Positions 13,510-26,513 of a stretch of 64,000 nucleotides of DNA are shown one piece after another. The notes beneath the pieces were generated by a model. It was given only the letters and a program-made list of their open reading frames with translations. It had not been told where the DNA came from and searched no databases. A program made the translations under genes and the position numbers. Every line of letters starts with the position of its first letter. Within the stretch, counting starts at the first letter, position 1. The stretch comes from Phoronis australis. Lineage: Eukaryota > Animalia > Phoronida. The stretch is from positions 558,001 through 622,000 of the forward strand of contig NMRA01000137.1 of NCBI GenBank assembly GCA_002633005.1, in the 5' to 3' direction.

Positions 13510-14784
13510 ATGCGCCTAAGTTTCACCTCACATGGACCTAATGTCGCGTAAATATCGTACATGCCGGTCGTTACCACGGGTTCACCTTCACGCAAGGTGC
13601 ACGTAACTTCCAGGTCCTTTTGCTTCATAAGTCTCAAATTGTTTAGTGGGGTGAGGTAGGTGCTGCCCCCCAAGTTCATGAGTGCTCTATGATTGTTTCC
13701 CTTCTTCAAACTCTAATCGTGTCTCGAGCGGCTCTTGCAGAACTGGCTAAACGACGGAATCCACAGTTTAGTCTTATTGTTTTTGTCTTGTTAAGGGGTC
13801 GCTTTTGGAGAAATAGTCAGTAGATCAAATCCCTTTTTTCTTTTCTTTTCTGTAATTATAGTGAATCATTTAACGAAATATATCACCCCGTTGTCGATAA
13901 CCAATTTCATGCAATAGATGGCACTGCCAAACTTCCGAAGCAGACGTTCCCTCCCACAAGTGTTCCAGTTACTTTGTGAGTAAATCGCGGTAACAGATGA
14001 TAAATAATCTGCTATAGAATACAGTTAGAGATCTCTTGTCCTCATAGCAAATGATCTGATGCTAAATAGCCTGACCCCCAAGAAAACCAGAAGAAACGGC
14101 TGATGACCGTCATCGTCGGACGATCGGTACGCATGCGGCGCACTGCTCCTACCCGTGAAAGGAAACCTCCATTTTATGAAAACATGGCGAATTATAAAGT
14201 TTTGTAGTCAATTTATCGTTTTAAAGTATTATTCCAATACGGGCCAGATTCCAATACGTGCCGGAACAGCACCATACTGCCTTTACTGGGGGCAGTGCCC
14301 GGTTGCAAGAGTCCCAAGTAGGGACTCGACTAAGTTCCCTAAATATTATACTGCGTATTTTTGGACTTGTGAAAACATCGATTGCCTTTTCTTGTATTGT
14401 TTTAGTTTCATTACTAAGTCACCTTTTGATTTTGATGCAAATCGAGAGTGAACTCCTCGTTGAATTACGGTCAATATTTTCGAAAGTATAATTAGGCCCC
14501 TTTTCATGCAACATCCCCAATTTAGTCTCTGCATATTGTCAATGACTGAACTCTGGGCTCAGTTTTTAGTTATATTATTAGGAAATGTCATTAATAAAAG
14601 AGGAGCTCATAATAAAGATGATTCGGAAAAAATTTGGATCTGCTGGTCCATAAAGACACAAATCATGAATACAACTAGTACACAAGAAGACTTAGGGAGG
14701 GCCTTAGTTCAGTCCCTGTTTGGGACTGTTTCATGCAACCGGCCACTGGGGGTCTATAGAACCACTTTTTCAATGCCATCTAAG

Positions 14785-15170
14785 GCTTGATGGTGCTGTG
14801 CCACGGATTGAAGTGAGCTAGTCGCTATTGGTCTTGGCTGAACATGCTGGATGAGAAAATTGGCGTTGTAAACCAACACACCTGTTTAGAGTTCAAGTTT
14901 CGAGTTCAAAAAATAAACAATAAGTAAGGCAAATAACTAATATGACTGTTTTTAATGCTGAAAAGTAAATAGTAGCTGTCCATGAATTTTTAAAGTTGAT
15001 ACATTATTGAAGAGAAATTAGCAAATAGTTTCTCTTCAGTATTGTGACTATGCCAGGAGCATTTATTTGTGAATCGATTAGGACCGTTAGTCACTGTCTG
15101 GCTCAGGCTCGATAAGGCGGGGAAACAAAACCCCCAAATGTTAGCGTAGGATTTGTCTCATGCGGCCGGG
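14785..15170 (+). repeat. Dispersed repeat family B, copy 1
   Basis: Inverted diverged copy at ~31273-31630 (e.g. CCCCAAATGTTAGCGTAGGA / TCCTACGCTAACATTTGGGG; GAGAAATTAGCAAATAG / CTATTTGCTAATTTCTC). Confidence 0.8.
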
Positions 15171-15635
15171 TTTGATCTGTTGAGCTTTGACCAATTGTTC
15201 ATTTTGATTTCATATGACTACGGAATAGGAAACAAAAACTCGGGATGAGATGTTTGCAATAGCCTGAGCAATGGCACGCCTCTCTTTTTGATACTGTTTC
15301 GCATGGTTGGATGTAGGCTGAGAAGGCTCTCACTGGCCCATCTCCTCCAATCCAAGACACCTGATTATAAAAACGACATAGCTCAGACTAATTCTGAGCT
15401 GTGACAACAACTCGGGCAAGAGTCTGTAAGAGTACTCACGGCTGTCAGAAGGCTTGAAATGTGTTCTGGAAAGAGAATCTCGGAATGCGGATTATCCGGC
15501 TCTCCACATTTCCTATGTGAAGAATGACTGTGACCTGGGCTTGATGTCTAGCATACATTGTAAGTATATTTTTATATTAAATTATGCACGGCACTGCATT
15601 CAGTCCATGTATTTGCATTTTTTATAACATTAGTA

Positions 15636-15943
15636 CAGGTCCCTCATTTAGCTGAGGGGAAAGTTGCGCTTGCCTTTTGAGAGGGAATTTTTTGGGTGAG
15701 GGGAAAATTTCCGTCGCCAGGCCTAATATGCTCTGCCTCAAGTAACCAACACTAACATTTTATGCTGCTCCAAATCGTCACCTGTGTAAGGTACAAGTTA
15801 GCCAAACCTCGAACGGAATTTTTTAAATGATCAATTGTGGGTAATGTTTGGGCCTCGTGAGGGGATTTTTTGTGATTTTTAAATATTTTTCAGAAGGTAA
15901 TGAGGCTGATATTCAGCCTGAAAGCCAAGGGATTTAGGGCTTT
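15636..15943 (+). repeat. Degenerate MITE-like repeat family C, related to 57923-58111
   Basis: Shared CAGG(G/T)CCCTC start, GAGGG(G)AAATTT motifs, GCTGATAT and AGGGAT..AGGGC end. Confidence 0.5.
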
Positions 15944-17691
15944 TTAGTAAACACTCATTCACACCACATTGGTTCCACTAGCTATCTATCTTTTAAGTTG
16001 ATTAATATCATAAATGTCTTGAAAATTTTCTTTCATGGTTGCCTGTTGACCCCAAAACAGCATTAATACTTCATGTTATACTCATTATTATTTATTCCTA
16101 ATTGACGAACAGGCTTATTTCCTTCATCATCTTTGGCAATAATAAAGCTATTTTGCTGCTACTGGCTGCCTTTTTCACAAATCCAGAACCGTGTCTCAGT
16201 GACTCCAGTTGAGTGAAAACTTGTGCCTGTTTAGTGCTGACACCTATTGATCACATTAGCTTGCTCTGACCCTGGCCCCATGTCAAGTGGGAGAGAGGTT
16301 TTACAAGTCCTGAAGTGTTAACCTGTGTTTCCTCTTGGATCCAAATGGCTGACTGCTTTATGCTGACATCTATTGACCACATTATACACTGTATTGTTAC
16401 CGCAACTGCAAAGTCCTCAAATAATGTGATAGCATTTTGTTTTCTGGTGTATACCATGTCACTTCACCAAATCTATTTCTTACATGTCATATTTTTTCAG
16501 TTACACATTATCCTCACTGTTGTGAAAATGAGTGCATAGATTGTCATGAAGACGGAAGGAAACGACCAACGTTTCACCACTTGGATGTCTTATCAGTGCT
16601 GGGCATGGTTATCATACAAGATGAAAAGTTGCATTTTTATTTTTTTTGAGATGTGCATAAATGTGAGTTTATAAATTATGTACAAAATATGCGTATTTTG
16701 GAATGATTCATGTAAAATTAACTAGGATATGTTGAACTTTTTTAAAAAGTAAGATTTCTTCTGTTTTCAGCCTAATCTGGCACCGAATCGTGGAATGCGT
16801 TTCTTCATAATTAAAATTTTAAAAACTTATCAACACTTTGTATGCTTTTTCATTAAAACCTGCATTTTCATTACAGCACTGTGAGGCCGTGTGCAGTTTT
16901 GTGTATCCAAAACAAGCAAGGGGTAAATATCCCTTTGATGTTATCCGTCTGGCTTTGATCATTATTCCCCTCCCGAATTCATAACCTAACCATACCTAGG
17001 TTACCAAGGTATAGTATAGAAAGGTCCGGTTGAGTTCCGTTATGGGTTCTCATACCTCTGAGATGGTTCTGCACTAAGTGTTCTGTTGTCTTCTGTTTGA
17101 TGTATTTGATCATTTTCTACTTCCCATCGTCAAGCTGAAGTGATATAATGTTGATTAATTAATCGTTTATTGCTGTGAACTACTTGCCATGTTTACATAA
17201 ACTGTCCTAGGTTCTGATAGGGTCATATAGAATATTATCAACTGTTTTATCCAGACAGGTGATAAGGTGCTATTTTCGAAGTAATCAGTCTATTTTAAAT
17301 TCAAAGAACTTTCAACTACACTTGCCAAGTATAGGGTAGCTTGCTTGAATGATCTTTTCAAGTAAATTTCTGACAAGGCTGTGGAATTTTCCTTGCCAGT
17401 CAAAAAGTCTGTGGTAGGAATATTCCATAAGTAAACAAACCCTAAGACTTGATCTTGTCATCTGAATTTTTACCAATGGTTAGTTGAAGTTTCAAAAAGT
17501 TCTTATGCCTGTTTCCTACAATGTTGGAATGGAATTTGCAGTGAAAACTGATGGGGCTTTCGTCATTGTCAATATTACAATAATCAAAAAATAAAAAATA
17601 AAAAAGAAATTCACACTCAGGGTTAGAAAAGTGTTTTTGAGTCATAATTTTAAAACTTGAAACAAAATCAAGAACTTAAAATCTTTTCAGT

Positions 17692-17995
17692 GGTTCAAAA
17701 TACAATTAGTTACAACCCTTTGTATGTTTGCTTCTCAAACTACGAATCAAAATTTGCAAACCTGAAACCAGTGGTAAACTAAAACCCTAACATCTGACAT
17801 GGTTCAAAATACTCTTAAAATGGATAGTTACTGGTGTCTTGATCATGTTTGCTTTTAAAACTACAAACAAAATTTGAACCCTGACATCTGATATGGTTCA
17901 GAATACTCTTAAAATGAATAATTTCAAGTAACTTCATGCTTGCTTTTGAAACTACAAACTAAATATGCTAAATCAATGGCAACTTGGAACCCTGT
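17692..17995. repeat. Degenerate tandem repeat, about 3 copies of a ~90-110 bp unit
   Basis: Recurring TGGTTCA(A/G)AATAC...ATG(T/C)TTGCTT..AAACTAC...AACCCT(A/G). Confidence 0.8.
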
Positions 17996-20900
17996 GTGGT
18001 GTTTTGGTGTGGATTGTAATGTAGATTTAAGGTGATGTTGAGGATGTACCCATATTACAAGTGTCAGGAATGGTACTCATGGATGAGCTTCATCAATGTG
18101 GTTTTGGTACGCTCTTGTCAACTATCGGACTGTTGGTCTAGAGACCCTAGTTTTTCATTTTCTAAACCAGTGAAATCCATTTTAGCTAACATAAAAGTCT
18201 TTTTTTTCCATTTTGTAACTTAGAAAATTCTGTTTTACTATTTTAAAGTGATAAAGGGCATGGATATGATCTGGGAAATGTCTCACTTTTTCCGCGATAA
18301 ATTGTAGCAATGCTCCATTTAGTGTAAGTGGTGCACGCATTGTTTATTGTTTCTCAAAACTGGGAAAAAGAACAAGACCACCTTCACGAAGAATGAACAA
18401 CTAGTTGAACAGTCTGTTGCAAAGTGATCGTGGATTGATTTGTTGTGAACTTTGATTCTCTACAGCCTTAATTTTTTGCAATTAACCAAAAATATTAGAA
18501 GTATGGAATCAGCTACTGAAACATCTAAATTCTGTGAAAGAATTCAGATTCCATGAGTAACCTGCCCATTTTCTGGATCTCTTCTCTTCATTGCCTTGTT
18601 CTGTGTTTTATGACTACACAGCCTGAAAAAGTACATTTCCGGATGTGGCCACTGAAGTGAGCATAATGAACAACCATTTTTCACAAAATAGGCCTGGAGC
18701 TGCTGTAAGACAGCTGGCTAACTGAAACTTGGAATTGAATATTAGAAGTTTACCGACATCAAACTTGGTCAGGCCTCATGAAATTTAGCAAATAGTGAAC
18801 CACATGACAACAACATTTTTATACCACGGTTTTGTCTTTGATCTTAAATACACCTGTCCTTTGATGATGTAATAATCTGTATGTTTATGTAGTAACACTT
18901 GTCCGAAACTGCAACAGGGAAGGTGTAACTGCATCAGGATGACCCAATCTGGTCCAGATATAGTGAGTTTGTGTGCGCATATCTCATTAATTCTTTTTGA
19001 TGTCCATCTAAACAACTGTATAGGATGAATTCAGGTGTGTACATAAATGCTGATGTGAATACTATCACGCCCGTTTTCCTTTGATCTTGTCAAGTCCTTG
19101 GGATAAATTTTGTCCTGTAAATTAATAAGCTGCTAGAGTTTGTGTTGTGCTGGTGATAATTTTTAGCAAATTCACAGAGATAGGCCGGACTTAAGATAAT
19201 AGTTCACAAGATAAGTGTCTAATGTTGACTGGACATCAAAGGCCGAGAGTGCGTCACAGTGGTGGCAGCACTAGTGCCACTTCTTAAAAATTATTTTAGA
19301 AGACATTACTACCCAGACTGAGAAACCGAATCAGCACTATCTGGGCAGCTGGCGTACATTGCATCAATAAATTACACAAAACAGTGCTTAACGGTATACA
19401 TAAGCCTTACAACTGCCCAAAATAACATGTAATTATTGGTTATGTGAACATATGTAGCTTGGGAAAAGTTACATTGCACTGTGATAAAGTGATAAAGTAC
19501 CATGGAGTGAGTGTGCATGTTCACTAGGATATAATTGATTTACATCATTAGCGTAGACTTGAAAATCAAAAATTAGTTATTGATTTTTGTTATTATTGTA
19601 TTCATTGAGGATCACTAGTTACGATATAGCCTCTGCAGCCTCCAGTGTTCCAAAACAACAAAGCGTGCTGTAACTATATGTAGTGCAATCTGCATTTGTT
19701 TTCCTTGATCCACAATGGCACAGTAGAGAAATATTCAACAAGTTATCTGTGCTACTTTTCTCAAAACTGCTTTTGGTGTTCTTTCCTTTTGCTACCATTG
19801 TCATCGTCGGGAAGACGTGTCACGTTTTCATTAGGAAAACACCAGTCTGTCGCAGTTGCATCGTAACTCTCCATACTTTTCTGCTAGTTCTAGGTTTTAA
19901 ATACCTGCTGGGGTAGGCGGGTGGTTCGCACTCTCGATTGAGCACATGTCGTGAAATATGCCATTACTCGCATCGTAGTGGATTTAACCTTTTCTAGAAG
20001 AGTTGGAGTGTTCCGCAGTTTAATCCCCACATTTTGAGAGGAGGTTGCTTAAGTCTGGGAGTTATGCATTTGCACTGACCGAAAGTCCACAAAAACGAAG
20101 TTGCAGCATTTATGGGGAAGTGGCATTTAGCACTCTCCAGTAAAGAAGAAGGAAAAGTTTTATTACAAAAGAGGAAGCATGAATTTGAAGTTAAGATGAA
20201 ATATCAATTAAAAGTGATGAAGTGAATGTAGTGACGATGAGATAAACAGAAGCTGGGGGAAACCTTGGAATGTGTGCTATTGGTGATGAAATGTGGTCCA
20301 ACAGGATTGTGCCATTATAACAGGATAGCATTTCATTAGGCATGCCAAAAACAACCTTGCGAACTCAACCTTGTATGAGTAACCCGCTTTCTCTCTTTAA
20401 TAAGCATCTACATGTACTTCTCAGCGTAGATATCCCTCACACGGTTTTATTTTTATCACCAAGTACTTTGCCAACTGTTTTTACTATCCTACCCAGACCC
20501 ATCAGAACATTTTTTATTTCCACTATGCATGCTCATTAGCGTTGGTTAATGCAGACCCTTGCAGCCAGTGAACTCCATAACAACTGGTGCTTCAAAACAC
20601 ATATGCTGTGTAGCTGTTTAGATGAAATTCAGTAACGCAGGTGAGAAAGATAATTTTGTGAATATTTTAACGGTTATTACATTTGTGTTTGGAAACTGTG
20701 TTGTGATAGGGAAATTCCTTTTTGTTGCAATATTGGGGTTTATCTGTTCATTTGGTTTTGATAAGAAAATGGAATTTTGGTCGACACAAATATTTTGCAA
20801 CTATAGTTTAAGGCGGAAATGCTAACAAATGAAAATGAAGGAATTATTATGTGCCCAGTGGTTATGAGTCATTATACCGGTTGATGCTGCTTTCAAAATC

Positions 20901-21535
20901 TGTAATAGAAGCCTGTCTGATAATTTTGTTGTGGTATAATCTGCTCAAGTTCACATCAAATGGACTCAAGGTCATAAGGTTTGCTCTTCTACTTTTGATC
21001 CCAACTGTTTTTATCAGAGGTAGAAATCATTATGCTTGAAGTCACAAGCCCAATATTACTAACTTTCCCCATTACTGTTTCTTGGAAAAGTATTTTTTAT
21101 CCTTAGGCAAAAAGTCTTAGGCTAGTTGTTGGATTTGAGACTTTGCAGTCTTTCAAAAAAATTTCTAATGTAAACCCATAGCACCATTTTTGTAAATAGA
21201 ATTTTCACCTCTAGTGACCTTATTTGTAATGTTATTAGTCATTGGGAAACTAGGCTGCTCAGTGGTATCTTGTAGTTGAGCAATGCCTCTCTACATCAAG
21301 TGGTGCTCACTGGTAGCCCTTGATATCATAATTTTTGTTCCCCTTGTATTGTAAAGGGCAGTTATCCATTAGCAATGTCTTCATGGCAATAAGGTACTGG
21401 CTGAAATAAATTGAAATGTTATGGACAAAAACTGATTGAGTTGATTCGTATGTTTGTATTATTGCGTTCATTCAGTGTGGTAGGTAATTGCCATTTGAAT
21501 CGTGACATCGGATGAAAGACTGAACCTGGCAATTA

Positions 21536-23960
21536 CCGTAATCGTTCGGGTTAACGCCCATGCTCAGTTAACCGCCCACCCCCTACTTTAGGTGGATTTT
21601 CGATTTAACCGCCCAGTGCTCAGTTAAGCGCCCCCTACGATTTTTGAAGATTTCCAGTTAAGCGCCCACCTCTCGGTTAAGCGCCCATCCCGGACTTTTA
21701 AAGAATGAAAATTTAGCGCCCAGTGCTAAGGAAACGGTGATTCCCCGACTTTTACAAAAAGATCGATGATCACAATGAGCGTAACAACGCCGGGCCTTCA
21801 AGACGGTGGTTTAGCAATGTGAATTACAATACAAGTAAGGAGTTCTTGTCTTGGGTCATGGACTCACTTCAAAATATAATACTTTAACGTTTTTGTCACT
21901 TTATTTTCTTCCCATGTTTACAAAGTTTAAGAACGGCGCCGGCGTCAAAACCTCCGCTTTCAGCGACTTTGTCTGCCGCACTGAGTTTCGGTCTGCAGTG
22001 CACTAGATAAAATATATATTCGAAAAAATCAGGCCAGACAAATGTGACAATGGTTTTGCCAACCCTCCAAATTCTCTTAAGGTGGGAAGCTCTCGTATTT
22101 TGAAGAAATCTCACAACTCACGGAAAGATTTCAAATTCTCATTTTGATGAATGTAACTGCCGGGTTGTAGAGGACGTGTGGCGACCGAAGGGACAGTACA
22201 AGTGCCTTACTGGGTTACCGATTTCGTTGCTGCCTATCGATTTCTGAATTCAAAGGTTGGCAATAATGTTTGTTTGTGTATGATCTTGAAGTAATAAAAA
22301 ACAGCTAGTCAAATTTTGTTTTTTGCTTACTGCATCTCAGTCAAACTGGCGTTACCAGATTTAACTATTGTCGCTGGCTGTTCTTTATTTTTTCTTGCGT
22401 CAGCCCCCACGTATAAGCGTGACTGTGAAATATCGTTTCCACATCCCCTTTTTGCCATCCAGAATAATTTTGTTTATACATTGGCCAGTTTCTTACCATT
22501 CGAGTCTGAAATATCTACGACGTAGACTGACTGAAAATTGGCGATAGTGGGTAGGAGATGCACACAGCTAGCTACGGGCATGGGCTTAGGGAGCATCGAG
22601 CGGGAAATATCGGAATAGACTTGACATCGCAGTTTTGGGGAACATTGGCAACGGAGGAATATCGTAAAGAACTGGGTCTTTCGTAACAACAGCTTAAAAG
22701 TACATAGTCACGCCCGTTTTTGTTACTTAGGGCTATTCTCTTTTGATGTGTGACTTTGTAGTCATTTTGGTGCACGTGCGCAAGTTCCCACACTTTGCAG
22801 TGCATGTTACCTTGACATCAACATGTGATTGACAGGTGCTCACTCGTAGGCCCTACGTGCGTGCTGATTCCCGCCGCTATCTTTGGCCATAAAAAACGAG
22901 ATGCATATTGGAAGAGGCCGTTTTATTACTTGACGGCATTTCCAAGTCACGACTGTCAGCCGACTGAGACATTGCTTGCTAACAGCGAGACCGAACAGTG
23001 CCGCAGTGCGATAGGCCTATTGCAAGTGATATAAATAGGATAATCTGGACATCTTGCATGAAAAATAAATGTTTTTCCACCACGAAGTTTGGTAAGGCGA
23101 TTGTTTAAGAATGAATTGAAACATCGCTGTTTTGTGGCGTTTTATCACATATTTATGTCGTGGCTCGAAATTTTATTCTTGATTGACGAGTAGCTCACGG
23201 CCGCTTAACACCGATTCTTGTCTTAGGCCTAATTCTTTGCCGAGCATGTTTGGCGCAACGGCAAGTGAGCAATGCCGGGCGGTCGAGATAAAACAGCTAG
23301 CCGCAGAACCATACGCTGAAAATGTCATTGAGTCACAGAGTGTCGACTATAAACATCCTAAACACAAAAAACATCTGAATTAAGTTTTTCAAACTTTTAT
23401 TACAACTCATTTTAAAACTGCTCTCAGACTATGAACTTGGCAGCTCAGTACGAGACTGCAACCATAAATTTGATGTCTGCTGTGACCTCTGCAACACGTG
23501 AAGCTTGCACGCGCGCACTTTAACAAGGTCACATCTTAAAATAGTTGCAATCCAAGTAGAGGCTGCGTGGTCACTGGTCGTCTGCGCTCTAGAGGGCAAA
23601 GTAACAAGACCGCAGGACGCCACGGGGCTATTACTCAGTAATTCTGTAAATTTAACAGTGAATAACTAATCTGAGGGCAAGAGAATCTTTGTTGGGATCA
23701 TCCGCTGTTATGACATTTTTCTCGTCATGTGGCGACGTGACGATAACGCTCTTTGAAAAGTACTACGCGTTCCGAGTACGAGGTAAGATTAACCGCCCAG
23801 GGCGGTTGCCTGTCGTAATAAGCGCCCATGTTCGGTTAACCGCCCACCCTGGATTTCTTGAAATTTCACGTTTAAGCGCCCATGTCTGGTTAACCGCCCA
23901 CCCCCGATTTTTTGGGTTTGCCAATTTAACCGCCCAGGGCGTTAACCCGAACGATTACGG
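21536..23960. mobile_element. 2.4-kb non-autonomous Tc1/mariner-superfamily (Tc2/pogo-like) DNA transposon
   Basis: Perfect 24-bp TIR CCGTAATCGTTCGGGTTAACGCCC, TA target duplication, and about 13 subterminal TTAA(C/G)CGCCCA motifs. The interior is CpG-rich with no transposase ORF. Confidence 0.93.
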
Positions 23961-24710
23961 TATATCAGACCTTTGAAAACGATATCGGCTGAAATACGGA
24001 CTTTGAAACGGGATAGGTTGGCGACGAAAACCTCAGGCTGTAGCCCAAGTTCAGCATGAGATTTGGTATTCAGAAATAGCCTTTTGAATGCGGTTTGGGG
24101 CTAGCTTCCGTTGCCGGTTGTTGCGAATGGGGAGTTGCTGCACCTTGAATCACTAAACTAACCAATGTGATACAATACTTGTTCAACTGAGAAAATTGTA
24201 CCCGAGACAATACCCAATGATGAAAAATGCTACCTGACAGTATTCCTTCTCCAACTCCCCATCAAAATCCTGTTTGGTGATTACAAAATTTTTTGGCCAT
24301 AGTACGATTAGTTAACATGAACTTTTTTATTTGTGCAGCGATTGTTTGGTGATACCACTGATCACAAAGTAGGGCCCTCGGTGCCTGGATTTCAGTCCTC
24401 GATATCAGCCTCATTACCCTCTGAAAAACATTAAAATTTACCTCCACCAATCCCCAAATTCCCCTCTAATGGCAAAATATCCCAATTGAGGTCAGAACCA
24501 GTTTCATCTCACTTAGACACTCAGGTTTTAACAGTGCACAAGTCCGCACTTCTTAGTCACGTGTTACTACTGGGTGTCTTTGTGTGACATAGTGCTGGGA
24601 TGATTGCCTAGCCTAGGTAATGACCAAGAAAGGCGGTTATGGGTGTCCCATAGGAAAACGTCCATTGTTAAAAGGTACATGCCTCTTTCTCTTCAGGTGA
24701 GTGAGGACCC

Positions 24711-24790
24711 TGCAAGAAGAAAATAGCCAATATATAGGTGAAACCTTTCAGGACAAAATGTCCACTCGGCTGAAAGTACTGAGTTCACTG
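24711..24790 (+). mobile_element. Possible Penelope GIY-YIG N-terminal remnant
   Basis: CKK..(frameshift)..QYIGETFQDKMSTRLK resembles the YIGETxRxLxTRLKEH motif; the match is very short. Confidence 0.45.
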
Positions 24791-26000
24791 CACATCCTTA
24801 ACCGGGCCTTCTGTGTTAAATGATTGGAGATAAAAACGTTCTACCTGTCACAACTTAGGTACACCTGACAAATCACTGTATTATGAGCTATCAATTAGTC
24901 ATGCTACTGACCAGTCTTCCTAAACTGTTGTGTATTGAAAAGCCATTGTCCAGATGTCTGCAGTGAACTTATAATTGGACATTCATCTTAAGATCATTAA
25001 CTAGCTTATGTTGAGACATTTGCTAGAGTGACAAAGGTGTTACATAACATTTTTGAAGTATGATTCATTCCACTTAACATGTTTGGTGCAGTGATTGAGA
25101 ATTAATATTGATTAACTTGGTCTCAAATATGTCCATCAAAGTGATGCATGTTCTTTCCATTCGTGTCGCCAAGGGTTACGCTTTGCACCTCTTTAGTTAA
25201 AATTGTATACTTTAATTGTTATGAACATTGAGTTGTGGCAGGACTCTTCAAAGGAAAAGTTTTTGTTTTTGATGCCCTGCTATCACCAATTTGCACGTTT
25301 GACGATTTTCAAGGGATTAAATAAGGCTCATTAACAGATTAATAGTTCACACGAGTTTTCACGTAGTATGGATTCTAGATTTTTTAGATTTTGGACTGTG
25401 ATAAGTAGTAGCATCACCAGCTAGAAATTAGATTATAATTTGGCTGATAGAACTACTACAAAATTAAAACAAAATTACTACTCGAATGCCAGTTAAGTTT
25501 AGAGTGCAAATGTCGATGACGTTCCATGTGTTTTGGAATTTCAGTAGTTTTGCTTACAAAAATTTTCACAATAGAGTATTATTGAGTCCTACATTTTTGG
25601 TGAATTGGTCCCAAACAAATTATTGACTGATTACGAGCTGCCATCTAGCTGAGTCTGAACAGACAACCAAAGGTCTGGTTTAGGATTTGTTAGCTTAGTT
25701 CCCACTGCGCTAGTCACTGGATTAGCTACTTGGTAATCGGTTTGTACTATACGTGTGCCATTAAACAACACTTTTTGGAATTGTAATTGTTTTTAGCAAG
25801 GTAGTCAGTCTTGGAAAATGGAAAGTGATAATTTTCACAATTATTTTATGCGAAATTAAAGTGAAGAATGATGGTATTTGTCTTTATCTTGGATTCTCTC
25901 TGAAAAACAATCCATGAAAGTGAATGCTTGAATTGCTGTGTACGGAAATCATCATTTTCAGTACAGGGTGAAAATCACCATGTGAAAAGTGTATGAGTTA

Positions 26001-26513
26001 CCGTAAACCTACGGGTTAATGGCCATGCTCGGATAATAGCCCACCCCTGACTTTTGCCAAAAGTCGTAAGTGCCCACTGTTTGGGTAATCGCCCATCCCC
26101 TTTGTGCAAATTTCAACTTCTCAAGTAGTTGCCCAGCCTAAACTTAACGGTAGCATAATTTGAGCTTGAAGTTGTGCTTTTTTCTCAGCTTTGCCTCGGG
26201 CTCAGACTTCAGGAAACACAGCATGCTAACATACTACATTTGAAAACATCTGATTTTTAGCAACGGTCTCGGGAAATCACTCTTTCAAAAGTCGAAATCC
26301 TGTTTCTGTTTGAGCTGTGAGAAACTTTGTGATTGTCAGGTTCTACTGATAGACCAAACTTACAAGTTCTGTGCTCGAATGAACACCCCGCGCGCTTGCA
26401 CATTTTGGCTAATATTTGGACGTGAGCACCCACTGCTTGGGCAATCGCCCACCCCCCTGACTCTTGGGGTTTCCCAATTTAAATGCCCGGGGCGTTAAAC
26501 CATGAGTTTACGG
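26001..26513. mobile_element. 513-bp older MITE related to the 21536-23960 element
   Basis: TA-flanked CCGTAAAC...GTTTACGG ends, degenerate TAA(T)(C/A)GCCCA(C/T)CCC subterminal motifs, and GGGCGTTAAAC near the right end. Confidence 0.85.

Larger units (their letters stand above)
1600..14500. promoter_or_regulatory. CpG-retaining promoter/regulatory domain, probably shared by divergent genes
   Basis: Frequent CpG by eye. Motifs: E-box CCACGTGG (~3231), GC box (~3251), YY1-like CAAAATGGCGGC (3861), CRE TGACGTCA (4981), inverted CCAAT pair (6311/6346), NRF1-like GCGCATGCGC (~9396), AP-1 TGAGTCA (~12023). Boundaries are approximate. Confidence 0.45.

Noticed and set aside
14094-14130. CTGATGA followed by a hairpin as a hammerhead ribozyme
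   Set aside because: No GAAA box after stem II.
15280-15560. FDTVSHGW as a LINE reverse-transcriptase motif
   Set aside because: An isolated short match with no other RT motifs in frame.
15885-15902. TTTTTCAG|AAG|GTAATG possible 3-nt microexon
   Set aside because: Lies within a dispersed repeat (family C), so it is likely coincidental.
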